Shown here: piece by piece, positions 1-9,511 of the stretch
Layout of the letters: every line of letters starts with the position of its first letter
Position numbering within the stretch: position 1 is the stretch's first letter
The notes under the pieces: generated by a model
Told to the model about the DNA's origin: nothing
Seen by the model: only the letters and a program-made list of their open reading frames with translations
Database searches by the model: none
Translations under genes and position numbers: made by a program
Source: a virus
Virus record (IMG/VR): IMGVR_UViG_3300027852_000040
Location: 5,214-69,213 of that record
Reading direction: 5' to 3' (one strand)
DNA: 64,000 nt

Positions 1-2
1 TT

Positions 3-323
3 ATAATCATTGATTATAAACCGTCACTGGACTGGGTCAAGAGAACAGAAATCGTTTTTTATGCGAATCTATATAATCTCACTCATCAGGAAAATCCAGC
101 AACTCGTGGATATTTTTATGCATATAAGACTGGTAAGACAACAAAACTATGGGAGTTCGGTGACGTGGATTTTGAGAATACATCTTACAGGATAGACGAA
201 TACCTTAACTACAAAGGACCATTTCCATGCGAACCATCTTACGTGTGTAGGTTCTGTGATTATAGTGAAAGGTGTTCTAGTGAAGTGTTGAAGGATTTTA
301 AGTTAGAGGATTATGTGGAATAG
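3..323 (+). CDS. Cas4/RecB-like PD-(D/E)XK exonuclease, C-terminal part (5'-truncated by window)
   Basis: Manual translation of frame 3 (missed by ORF track): IIIDYK...EIVFY...PFPCEPSYVCRFCDYSERC; DxK motif plus C-terminal CxxC-x5-C Fe-S ligands. Confidence 0.75.
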   Translation: MIIDYKPSLDWVKRTEIVFYANLYNLTHQENPATRGYFYAYKTGKTTKLWEFGDVDFENTSYRIDEYLNYKGPFPCEPSYVCRFCDYSERCSSEVLKDFKLEDYVE

Positions 324-334
324 GGGGGAGATAA

Positions 335-829
335 ATGTCTGTGGATAAATTAGTATTAAGTTGGAATGAAGTAAATGTATTATGTTCAAGCATTTACAAT
401 AAACTAATAGACATTAACTTTAAGCCAGACAAAATTATAGCAATAGCTCGCGGCGGATGGTATTTATCACTTATATTATCTGAAATGTTTAATGTAAGAG
501 ATTTAAATAGTATTAAAGCTAAACATTGGACTGATTATGGCAAAATGTTAAACGATGTTACAATAGATGATATTTGTACCGAAGATAAAATAAACCCACT
601 AGACAATAAAAGCATCCTAATAGTTGATGATCTCATTGATACTGGATTAACTATGGTTGAAGTTATTGATAAAATGCTTATTAGTAAACGATGCAAATAT
701 GATATTAAAGTTGTTACATTGCATGCTAAAGTTAATCATATAACTTCAGATGTAGCTACATATATTTGTGGAAGTGATGAATTAATGAATAAAAATGAGT
801 GGATTATATATCCTTGGGAGATTATGTGA
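335..829 (+). CDS. Type I purine phosphoribosyltransferase
   Basis: IAIARGG, PRPP-binding ILIVDDLIDTGLT, C-terminal WIIYPWE. Confidence 0.9.
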   Translation: MSVDKLVLSWNEVNVLCSSIYNKLIDINFKPDKIIAIARGGWYLSLILSEMFNVRDLNSIKAKHWTDYGKMLNDVTIDDICTEDKINPLDNKSILIVDDLIDTGLTMVEVIDKMLISKRCKYDIKVVTLHAKVNHITSDVATYICGSDELMNKNEWIIYPWEIM

Positions 830-849
830 ATGTTTAAAGTATATGGGAG

Positions 850-1437
850 ATGATTAATATGCATAACGTTAAAGCTATCTTTAATTTAGATTTAGAAGAT
901 TATATGGCATATAAAAGTTTAGAAGAAGGACATGTATATTTAGTAAATGAATTAGACAATGACTTAGTATATGGTAGTATTCTAAGTATGAATGAAATGG
1001 TAAGATTAGGTGTAACTAATATTACAATGCATATTAATTCAATTGGTGGATTTATATTTTCATCTTTTACATTATATGATTACATTAATCTAATTAAATG
1101 TAAGAATGGTATACATGTAACATCAGTGGTAGAGGGGGAGGCTTGCTCTGCAGCTTCTATGATAGTTATGCAGGCAGCGGATGAAAGATTGGCGTGTGAG
1201 AATTCTAGGATAATGATACACGAACCATATGAATTCATTGAAGGGGGACTAACGGTTACCAAGTATAAGGATAGAAGTAAAGAAATGGATACTGTTACAA
1301 AAATGGTAATGGATATATTAAGTGATAGATGTAATAAAACTTCTAAAGAAATAATGAAAGTAATAAAGAATACTGATGTCTTCATGCGACCAAGTGAGGC
1401 GTTGGAGTTTGGGATAATAGATGGAATTTTAAAGTGA
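850..1437 (+). CDS. clpP: ClpP-like serine protease
   Basis: INSIGG, ACSAAS (Ser), IMIHEP (His), DVFM (Asp), EALEFGIID. Confidence 0.9.
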   Translation: MINMHNVKAIFNLDLEDYMAYKSLEEGHVYLVNELDNDLVYGSILSMNEMVRLGVTNITMHINSIGGFIFSSFTLYDYINLIKCKNGIHVTSVVEGEACSAASMIVMQAADERLACENSRIMIHEPYEFIEGGLTVTKYKDRSKEMDTVTKMVMDILSDRCNKTSKEIMKVIKNTDVFMRPSEALEFGIIDGILK

Positions 1438-2552
1438 TTAAAGTGAATTTGAAAAAGGGAAATGAAAGTAAATCATCTCCACAATTAATACCCAAAAAAG
1501 TACTTGTTCGTGGTAAAGATGGGTCATATTATGCTATACGTTATGTTAGGTCTGGAAGTGAGGAAGATGGTGGGAAGCAGAATTTATCATCTATACCAAA
1601 TGTGAAGATAAAGGATTTATTAATATTAATTGGTGAAAGTAAATTAAATCAAAAACAATTACATGAGTTAGTTAGTCATGAAGATGAATATGTTAGAGAA
1701 CGAGTAGCAAGAAAAATTAATCAAAGTGGATTACATCAGATGATTAATGATGATGATGATGATGTTAGAAAAAGAGTAGCGGAAAGAATTAATCAAGCTG
1801 GACTTCAGTTAATAATGAATGATGAACATAGATATATTAGAGAAATTGCAATAAAACGAAATGATTTAATAAATAATATTAAATTTACAATTGATTCATA
1901 TGATAAGAATAAAGAAATTGAATTATCAAAATATATGAAAAATGAATTAAAAGATATTATTAAAAAAGATACACGTAGTGTGAGTATGATGAAATGTACA
2001 GATGAGTTTTATGGAAATGTTGATAATGGTAAATTTATTGATTTTCATATAGAATCTAAAAATGAATGGATATGGAGTTCATTTTCTGATTTAGCTTTAC
2101 TCTTAAAGGATTCAATAAAAAGACAATTTGGTTGCGAAATTAGACATTACTATGATATTAATGATTATGATGAAAAAGTTAATGAATTGTATAAAGTATA
2201 TAATAGAAAAGATGTAGATGAATATGTTAAAATGCAAAAGGATCTCACTAGAAAATATTTAGATGAAATGTTTCCTGATACTGATATTATTACATTATAT
2301 CGAGGTACACATAAAGATGAAATTGAAGATCTTAATGATGAGGATAAAAAAGTAATAGTTAAATCAAATCCTTTATCTTCTTGGACATTAGAAAAATATA
2401 TTGCTAAAGGATTTGGTGAAACTGGAGTTGTTTTAACTACAAAGGTACATAAGGATGATATATGGTCTACATTTATGAGCCATGCATATGATGGTGATGC
2501 GAGGGAAATTATAGTAATAGGCAATAAAGATAGAGAAGTGGATGTGATATGA
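1434..2552 (+). CDS. Leader + 3 helical repeats + ADP-ribosyltransferase-like domain (paralog 1)
   Basis: QLIPKKVLVRGKDGSYYAIRYV leader; 24-aa repeats; LYRG...LSSWT...DAREIIV. Confidence 0.75.
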   Translation: MIKVNLKKGNESKSSPQLIPKKVLVRGKDGSYYAIRYVRSGSEEDGGKQNLSSIPNVKIKDLLILIGESKLNQKQLHELVSHEDEYVRERVARKINQSGLHQMINDDDDDVRKRVAERINQAGLQLIMNDEHRYIREIAIKRNDLINNIKFTIDSYDKNKEIELSKYMKNELKDIIKKDTRSVSMMKCTDEFYGNVDNGKFIDFHIESKNEWIWSSFSDLALLLKDSIKRQFGCEIRHYYDINDYDEKVNELYKVYNRKDVDEYVKMQKDLTRKYLDEMFPDTDIITLYRGTHKDEIEDLNDEDKKVIVKSNPLSSWTLEKYIAKGFGETGVVLTTKVHKDDIWSTFMSHAYDGDAREIIVIGNKDREVDVI

Positions 2553-4243
2553 AAATGAATATAGAAAAGCAAAATGAAAATAAGTTATCAACAACATCAT
2601 CTCAACTAATACCCAAAAAAGTACTAGTTCGTGGTGATAATGGATCATATTATGCTATTAGATATGTTAGGTCTGGAGAGGAAGAGAAAGAGAATGTGAA
2701 TTTAAGGAACATTGATATAGCTAAATTATTATCGTTACTCGATAATAATAAATTAAATCAAAATCAATTACACGAATTAATTGATCATGAAATTGAATTT
2801 ATTAGAGAACGAATAGTTAAACATATTAATCAGATTGGTTTACATAAGATGATAAATGATGAAAGTAGAGTAATTAGAGAAAAAGTAGCAGAAAGAATTG
2901 ATCAAGTTGGTTTACATAAAATGATGAATGATAAAAGTGTACAGGTTAGACGAGATGTAGCTATGAGAATTAATCAAGTTGATTTACATAAGTTGATAAA
3001 TGATGAGGATGAAGTTAGAGAGATAGTGGTAAAAAGAATTGATCAATCTGGACTACATGAAATGATGAATGATGAAAGTATATATATTAGAGGATGTATA
3101 ACTGAAAGAATTAATCAAGTTGGTTTACATGAAATGATGTATGATAATAATGAATTTATTAGAAGAATAGTAACACATAGAATTGATCAGATTGGATTAC
3201 ATGAAATGATGAATGATAAAAGTGAGGAAGTTAGAAAGAGTGTAACAAAGAGAATTGATCAAATTGGTTTATATAAAATGATAAATGATAAAGATTATCA
3301 TGTTAGAGAAGGAGTAACATGTAAAATTAATCAAGCTGGACTTCATAAAATGATAAATGATGAAAAAGAATATGTTAGAAGTGGTGTAGTAAGGAGAATT
3401 AATCAAGATGGTTTACATAAGATGATAAATGATGAAAATGAAAATATTAGATCAGCTATAGTAAAAAGAATTGATCAAGTTGGATTAAATGAGATGAAGA
3501 ATGATAAGAGTGAGCAGGTAAGGGTAGAAATATTAAGTCGTGTAAGAGATATAAATAATATTAAATCTACAATTGATTCATATGATGATAATAAAGAAGT
3601 TGTATTATCAAATTATATGAAAGATGAATTAAAGTATGTTATGGAAAAAGATAAATCAAGTACAAATATGATAAAATTCACTAATGAGTTTTATAAAAAT
3701 ATTAATAATGGTAAATTTGATGAATTTCATGTAAGTTCAAAAGATGATTGGGAACGTAGTTCTTCTTCTGATTTAGCATTATTATTAAAAGATTCAATTA
3801 TGAGACAATTTGGTGGAGAAATTAGACATCATGATGCTGTTAGTGATTATGATAAAAAGGCTAATGAATTATATGACGATAATAATAAAAGTAATGTTGA
3901 TGAATACGTTAAAATTCAAAAAAATCTTACTAGAAAATATTTAGATCAAATGTTTCCTGATACTGATATTGTTACACTATATAGAGGTACCACTGAAAAT
4001 GAAATTCAAACTTTGGGTGATGATAATAAGATAATAGTTAAATCAAATCCTTTATCATCATGGACATTAAAAGAGAGTGTGGCTAATGATTTTAGTAAAC
4101 AAGAAAATAAAAATGGTATAGTTTTAACTACAAAAGTACACAAAGACGATATATGGTCAACATTTATGAGTCACGCATATGAAGGCAATGAAAGAGAAAT
4201 TTTATTAATAGGCAGTAAAGATAGAGAAGTGGATGTAATATGA
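2549..4243 (+). CDS. Leader + 11 helical repeats + ADP-ribosyltransferase-like domain (paralog 2)
   Basis: Same leader; I(D/N)QxGLHxMxND repeats; LYRG...LSSWT...NEREILL. Confidence 0.8.
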   Translation: MKMNIEKQNENKLSTTSSQLIPKKVLVRGDNGSYYAIRYVRSGEEEKENVNLRNIDIAKLLSLLDNNKLNQNQLHELIDHEIEFIRERIVKHINQIGLHKMINDESRVIREKVAERIDQVGLHKMMNDKSVQVRRDVAMRINQVDLHKLINDEDEVREIVVKRIDQSGLHEMMNDESIYIRGCITERINQVGLHEMMYDNNEFIRRIVTHRIDQIGLHEMMNDKSEEVRKSVTKRIDQIGLYKMINDKDYHVREGVTCKINQAGLHKMINDEKEYVRSGVVRRINQDGLHKMINDENENIRSAIVKRIDQVGLNEMKNDKSEQVRVEILSRVRDINNIKSTIDSYDDNKEVVLSNYMKDELKYVMEKDKSSTNMIKFTNEFYKNINNGKFDEFHVSSKDDWERSSSSDLALLLKDSIMRQFGGEIRHHDAVSDYDKKANELYDDNNKSNVDEYVKIQKNLTRKYLDQMFPDTDIVTLYRGTTENEIQTLGDDNKIIVKSNPLSSWTLKESVANDFSKQENKNGIVLTTKVHKDDIWSTFMSHAYEGNEREILLIGSKDREVDVI

Positions 4244-5646
4244 AAGTAAATATAGAAAAGCAAGGAGAAAGTAAGCCTCCCACATCTACACAATTAGTAC
4301 CTAAAAAAGTACTTGTTCGTGGTAATAATGGATCATATTATGCTATTAGATATGTTAGGTCTGGAAGTGAGGAAGGTAAGGGGAAATCAAATTTAGGTGA
4401 TATGGATTTAATGGAGTTACTAGAATTCCTTGAAGAAAATACATTAGATCAAACCCAATTACATGGATTAATTAATCATGAGGATCAATATATTAAAAAA
4501 TATGTAGCTGAACGAATCGATCAAAAAGGATTACATGAATTGATTAATAGTGATGATAATAATGTTAAACATATAATAGTGAAAAGAATCGATCAGGCTG
4601 GTTTACATGAGATGATGAATGAGAAAGATTGGCTTCTTAGAAGAAAGGTAGCGGAGAGAATTGATCGAGATGGACTTCGTGAAATGATGAATGATGAAAG
4701 TGAATTTGTTAGATCACAAGTTGTTGAAAGAATGAATCAAAAAGGACTTCATGACATGATGGGGGATAAAAGTAAAATAGTTAGGGAACATGTAGCGGAG
4801 AGAATTGATCAGGCTGGATTACATGAGATGATGAATGATGAGGAAGAAAGTGTTAGATTAGAGATAGCTAAAAGAATTGATCTAATTGGATTGAATAAGA
4901 TGAAAGATGATGAAGATGTATGTGTAAACGTTAAAGTATCACATCGTATAGAAGTTATAGATCGTACTCAATCTATGATTGACGCATATAAAAAGGATAA
5001 GAAAATTGTGCCAACGACGTGGATGACTGGTGAATTAACGCGTGTTATAGATGAAGAAGATGATAGTGTTAATATAATAGAGTGTACCAATGAATTCTAT
5101 ATGGACATTGCTGGTGGCAAATTTAGTGATTTTCATTTGAAATCAAAAGATGCGTGGGAGGATAGTTCATCAGCGGAGTTAGCTTTACTTTTAAAAGATT
5201 CAATAAAAAGGCAATTTGGTGGAGAAATAAGGCATCACGATGATGTTGATGATTATGATAAAAAAGCTAATGAATTATATAAAATACATAATATGAAAAA
5301 TGTTGATGAATATGTTAAAATTCAAAAGGATCTTACTCGTAAGTATTTAGATCAAATGTTTCCTGATACTGATATTATTACAATATATAGAGGTACTACT
5401 ATAATGGAAATTGAAAATTTAGATGACAATAGGAGTGTAATAGCAAAATCGAATCCTCTATCATCATGGACATTAAAAGAGAGTGTTGCTGATAGTTTTC
5501 GTAGATTTGAAGATGGTGGAGTTATTTTAACTACAGAAGTTCATAAAGATGAAATATGGTCAACATTCATGTGTCATGCATATCAAGGTTATGAGAGGGA
5601 AATCTTGTTAATAGGAAACAAAGATAGAAAGGTGAATGTAATATGA
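4240..5646 (+). CDS. Leader + 7 helical repeats + ADP-ribosyltransferase-like domain (paralog 3)
   Basis: Same leader; repeats; IYRG...LSSWT...YEREILL. Confidence 0.8.
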   Translation: MKVNIEKQGESKPPTSTQLVPKKVLVRGNNGSYYAIRYVRSGSEEGKGKSNLGDMDLMELLEFLEENTLDQTQLHGLINHEDQYIKKYVAERIDQKGLHELINSDDNNVKHIIVKRIDQAGLHEMMNEKDWLLRRKVAERIDRDGLREMMNDESEFVRSQVVERMNQKGLHDMMGDKSKIVREHVAERIDQAGLHEMMNDEEESVRLEIAKRIDLIGLNKMKDDEDVCVNVKVSHRIEVIDRTQSMIDAYKKDKKIVPTTWMTGELTRVIDEEDDSVNIIECTNEFYMDIAGGKFSDFHLKSKDAWEDSSSAELALLLKDSIKRQFGGEIRHHDDVDDYDKKANELYKIHNMKNVDEYVKIQKDLTRKYLDQMFPDTDIITIYRGTTIMEIENLDDNRSVIAKSNPLSSWTLKESVADSFRRFEDGGVILTTEVHKDEIWSTFMCHAYQGYEREILLIGNKDRKVNVI

Positions 5647-6158
5647 ACACATATAATACAAATGATGGGCATTTTCATAGATGTAAATGGCTAATAGATA
5701 GTGCTACAAATTCTAAAGGTAGCATTCTAGATGTGGGCACCAACGATGGTTTCATGTTTCGAGATAAATTAGATGAATTAGATGTAACGTTTTATGACAT
5801 CGAATTTAATTTTCCAGATTCATATAGGAATCAAATTAAATTTGTAAAAGGGAACGCTGAAAGTTTACCATTTAAAGATAAATCTTTTAACGCAATCATT
5901 GCTGGAGACATATTAGAACATGTAAATTATCCAGTAAAGGCATTAAAAGAATTTCATAGAGTTGGAGTGCAAACATTTATCACTGTACCAAATGAATATA
6001 ATTGGACTGATGAAAAGAGGCCGTTTGAAAATACCGGGCATGTTAGATTTTATGATGAGGAATTGGTAAGGGAGCATTTAAAGTTGGCTAATATATTCGA
6101 ATATGAAATACACATGATAGAAGGCGGAGGATGGTCCTTTTTTTGTGTACAGTTTTAA
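5643..6158 (+). CDS. Class I SAM-dependent methyltransferase
   Basis: ILDVGTNDG, GNAESLPFKDKSF, DILEHV. Confidence 0.85.
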   Translation: MNTYNTNDGHFHRCKWLIDSATNSKGSILDVGTNDGFMFRDKLDELDVTFYDIEFNFPDSYRNQIKFVKGNAESLPFKDKSFNAIIAGDILEHVNYPVKALKEFHRVGVQTFITVPNEYNWTDEKRPFENTGHVRFYDEELVREHLKLANIFEYEIHMIEGGGWSFFCVQF

Positions 6159-6179
6159 GATATAAATAGGAGTAAAAGA

Positions 6180-6788
6180 ATGTTAGAAGTTGATAGAATA
6201 TATGAAACATTAAATACCTGTATGATCACAAAGGAATTTGCTTTAAAATTATACAGTATGGCAAGTAAATGTACTAAAGGTATAATAGTAGAAATAGGAT
6301 CAAATTTAGGTTGTTCAACTATTTCTATTGCGACTGGAGTTAGGGATAGTGGAAGTGGCATAAAATTCGTGAGCATTGATCCACATAATAATGGTGGAGC
6401 TACATTAACTGATCGACCATGTCAAGAGAAGGATATGGGTGAACTGGAGGCCAATTATATAAATCAGGGAATAAATTTAGATGAATATTTATGTAACCTG
6501 GAAGAATTTGGAGTATTTAATATAGTAACAGTAATTTGTGATTACTCTGAATTAGCATATGATAAGTGGAAAAAGGAACCTATAGAAATGTTATTTATAG
6601 ATGGTGACCATAGATATCATTTTGTGAAAATGGATACAGATTTATATTTACCACATGTCATTAAAGGTGGGTACGTAATTTTGGACGATTGTGCTTATCC
6701 AGGAGTATTTAGGATAATAGAGGAGTTAAAGGAGCAGGGTATTATTGAACCAGTTGAGGAAAGGTTTGGTATATACCGGAAATTATAG
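6180..6788 (+). CDS. SAM-dependent methyltransferase (Methyltransf_24-like, glycan O-methyltransferase type)
   Basis: IVEIGSNLGCST, SIDPH, LFIDGDHRY, GGYVILDD. Confidence 0.85.
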   Translation: MLEVDRIYETLNTCMITKEFALKLYSMASKCTKGIIVEIGSNLGCSTISIATGVRDSGSGIKFVSIDPHNNGGATLTDRPCQEKDMGELEANYINQGINLDEYLCNLEEFGVFNIVTVICDYSELAYDKWKKEPIEMLFIDGDHRYHFVKMDTDLYLPHVIKGGYVILDDCAYPGVFRIIEELKEQGIIEPVEERFGIYRKL

Positions 6789-6814
6789 GTGAAGAAGAGT
6801 AGTATAAGAGTAGA

Positions 6815-7477
6815 ATGATATACATGATTGATGAAGAAAAGACGTTTGAGTTATTTGGATATTATTCGTATGATTTAAAGTCGAAAAGTAACAAGAAAGT
6901 AGTTTGTATCTGTAATAATTGTGGGAAAGAGAGGATACTTAGATTGGTGGATTATCGTACTTTATGTAGGTCTTGCTCAAATAAAGGAAAACATCTTTCA
7001 GATAAAATAAAGTATAAATTAAGTAAATTATATAGTGGTAAAAATAATCCAATGTTTGGAAAGCATCATTCCACTAAAACTAAGCAAAAAATTAGTAATT
7101 CACTTAAGGGAAAATGTTGTGGAGAAAATCATCCAATGTTTGGGAAGATAGGAAAAGATAATCCAAATTTCGGAAAACACCGATCCATTAAAACTATAGA
7201 AAAATTAAGTAAAGTAAATATGGGAAAAAATAATCCAAATTATATAGACGGTAAAGGTAAAGAAAGAGTTAAAGCTAGACGAAGAAACTTTCTAGCTCCT
7301 AAATTCTTCTTAGGAGATAGATATTGTAAAGGATTAGTAGCTCACCATCTTACTGAAACAGTTATAATATACATTCCACTATATATACATAGAAAGAATT
7401 GGCACAATCTTAGAACAGGAAAAGGTATGAGAGAAATAAATGATTTATCTTTGAAGTTTTTACTAGAAGGATTTTAA
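6815..7477 (+). CDS. Zn-ribbon/NUMOD3/HNH-like homing-endonuclease-type protein (copy 1)
   Basis: CICNNCGKER; GKNNPMFGKHHS repeats; C-terminal AHHL...IH...H. Confidence 0.7.
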   Translation: MIYMIDEEKTFELFGYYSYDLKSKSNKKVVCICNNCGKERILRLVDYRTLCRSCSNKGKHLSDKIKYKLSKLYSGKNNPMFGKHHSTKTKQKISNSLKGKCCGENHPMFGKIGKDNPNFGKHRSIKTIEKLSKVNMGKNNPNYIDGKGKERVKARRRNFLAPKFFLGDRYCKGLVAHHLTETVIIYIPLYIHRKNWHNLRTGKGMREINDLSLKFLLEGF

Positions 7478-7496
7478 ATAAAGGGGACACATTTAT

Positions 7497-8456
7497 ATGT
7501 TTGATGGACTTGAGATAGTTAGACAAAAAGAAAGTAAGATTAGAGATATCATTTCAAAAATTGAATCTCATTTCGATATATTTATAGAAGGAACATTTGT
7601 GTGGAAATCACGAGTTACTGGTAAATGTAAATTTTATAGTGATGTGGATATTTGTTTATTGGTACCTAGTTTTTTTGAAATAACAGACTTAGATATGGTG
7701 AACTCATATCTTAGATCTAATAAGATGAGTAGAGTTGATTTACTTGAGTTGGATATTAGATTTGTTCATTCTATACCTAACATTGAACATGTGAATATAA
7801 ATGATATTGGTAAACCAACTATTCATATACCACAAATAGATCAACTTAGTGGTAGTGATATATTTAATTTAGAATTAAACGGCAAACCTGTTAAGCAATT
7901 TATGTTATCTGCACCACCGCATAATTTAGTTGCTGGATATTGGCACAATTTTTATAGAAATAGTGAGAAAGTTATTTCATATGAACCTAGAGTAGAAATA
8001 TTATTTGGTAATAGTGAACCACATGAATTTTCACATGAAGCAGTTGGTACTCAGCCATTTGGTTCATATTTGCGTGGACATATAAATGATAAGTTAGATG
8101 ACGATAAATTGGATAATAGTATAAAAGGTAAATACTTTATCATACAACAGTATTACAAATCTAATCTCATGCCAGGTAAATCATTTTTTGACATTCAAGT
8201 TGAAATGAATTATAGTTTAATACATCTATTTGAGGTAGGATTAGTACCAGTAAATGCTAACATATATTTTCAAAATCACTCACATGATTGGGATGGGTAT
8301 GCATATGATCCAACTTATTTTATGTCTACCACTGATGTGGTTAAGTTATTGAGTTTACCAGTGAATGAACTTAAAGATATATGGAGATTAATAGAATCAA
8401 ATGGAATTGATTGTAATAATGGTATGTTAATAAATGAACGAATTAAAGAATTGTAG
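7497..8456 (+). CDS. Putative Pol-beta-superfamily nucleotidyltransferase fused to unknown domain
   Basis: FIEGTF...SDVDICLLV...LDIRF resembles hG[ST]-DxD-D motif. Confidence 0.5.
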   Translation: MFDGLEIVRQKESKIRDIISKIESHFDIFIEGTFVWKSRVTGKCKFYSDVDICLLVPSFFEITDLDMVNSYLRSNKMSRVDLLELDIRFVHSIPNIEHVNINDIGKPTIHIPQIDQLSGSDIFNLELNGKPVKQFMLSAPPHNLVAGYWHNFYRNSEKVISYEPRVEILFGNSEPHEFSHEAVGTQPFGSYLRGHINDKLDDDKLDNSIKGKYFIIQQYYKSNLMPGKSFFDIQVEMNYSLIHLFEVGLVPVNANIYFQNHSHDWDGYAYDPTYFMSTTDVVKLLSLPVNELKDIWRLIESNGIDCNNGMLINERIKEL

Positions 8457-8466
8457 TTGAGTAAAA

Positions 8467-9507
8467 ATGACCAGTAAAATCAAAATAGCACTTATAGCAC
8501 CAGAATCTCTAACAGTCCCACCAAAGGATTATGGGGGAATAGAGGCGGTTGTGTATAATTTAGCTAAAGGATTAGAAGAATTGGGAAAAGATGTAACGGT
8601 TATTTGTAGAGAAGGGTCGACGTATGGTGGGAAGAAGATTATATCTGGTATAGAAGGTCCACACGGAGAAGATGGAATAAAAAATTACTTACATAATATG
8701 GGAGATTTGTCTGAGTTTGATGTTATTCATGATCATATGACAGGAGCGACTAAATGTAAGGTGTCATCTGAAAAGATACTCACAACACTACACTGGAACC
8801 ACACGGGACTGAGTGCTGGGTTCTATAACGTTAATTGTATATCTCATTCACAACGTAATTGGTTAATGAATGAATGGAAACGGGAATTTAAGCAAACTGA
8901 AGGTAAAGGTAAGATTAAAGACGCTCCAGTTGTACAACATGGATTAGATCCAAATGAATTTAGAATGAATGAAAATGTAAAGGATTATAATTTATACTTA
9001 AGTAAAGTGGCAAAATATAAAGGTGCAGATATATTAGTAGATTTGGTAAAATCAATGCCTAATGAGAACTTCGTGGTAGCAGGGTCAAATGGGGATTATA
9101 TGGGTATATTAAAGGAAGTTAGTAATAAGTATAATAACCTTAAATATGTGGGTGAAGTTTCTTATGAAGAGAAATTAGAGTTATATGCAAATGCTAAATT
9201 ATTCATATTTCCAACCGGTGGGTATGACCAGTTATGGAAAGAACCTTTTGGTATAGTAATGATAGAAGCAATGATGGCTGGTATACCTATTTTATCAACT
9301 AGAAATGGGGAAACTCCATATATAGTCAAAGATGGAATAAATGGATTTTTATGTGATAGTGTTAACGATTTTGTTAAGCACATAAATACAATAGAAGATG
9401 TTGATATGAGTAAGAAGAGTATACGAGAATATGGAATTAAGAACTTCAGTAATGTAAAAATGGCTAATGAGTACTATAAGTTATACGAAAAATTATTAGA
9501 AGAGTAA
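8467..9507 (+). CDS. GT4-family glycosyltransferase
   Basis: VPPKDYGGIE, EPFGIVMIEAM, GINGFL. Confidence 0.9.
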   Translation: MTSKIKIALIAPESLTVPPKDYGGIEAVVYNLAKGLEELGKDVTVICREGSTYGGKKIISGIEGPHGEDGIKNYLHNMGDLSEFDVIHDHMTGATKCKVSSEKILTTLHWNHTGLSAGFYNVNCISHSQRNWLMNEWKREFKQTEGKGKIKDAPVVQHGLDPNEFRMNENVKDYNLYLSKVAKYKGADILVDLVKSMPNENFVVAGSNGDYMGILKEVSNKYNNLKYVGEVSYEEKLELYANAKLFIFPTGGYDQLWKEPFGIVMIEAMMAGIPILSTRNGETPYIVKDGINGFLCDSVNDFVKHINTIEDVDMSKKSIREYGIKNFSNVKMANEYYKLYEKLLEE

Positions 9508-9511
9508 TAAA

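Noticed and set aside
10-195. 61-aa ORF from the track
   Set aside because: Overlaps the frame-3 Cas4-like reading frame, which has recognisable motifs
1434-5646. ART repeat diversity as a diversity-generating retroelement
   Set aside because: No reverse transcriptase in the window and no TR/VR pair differing only at adenines was seen
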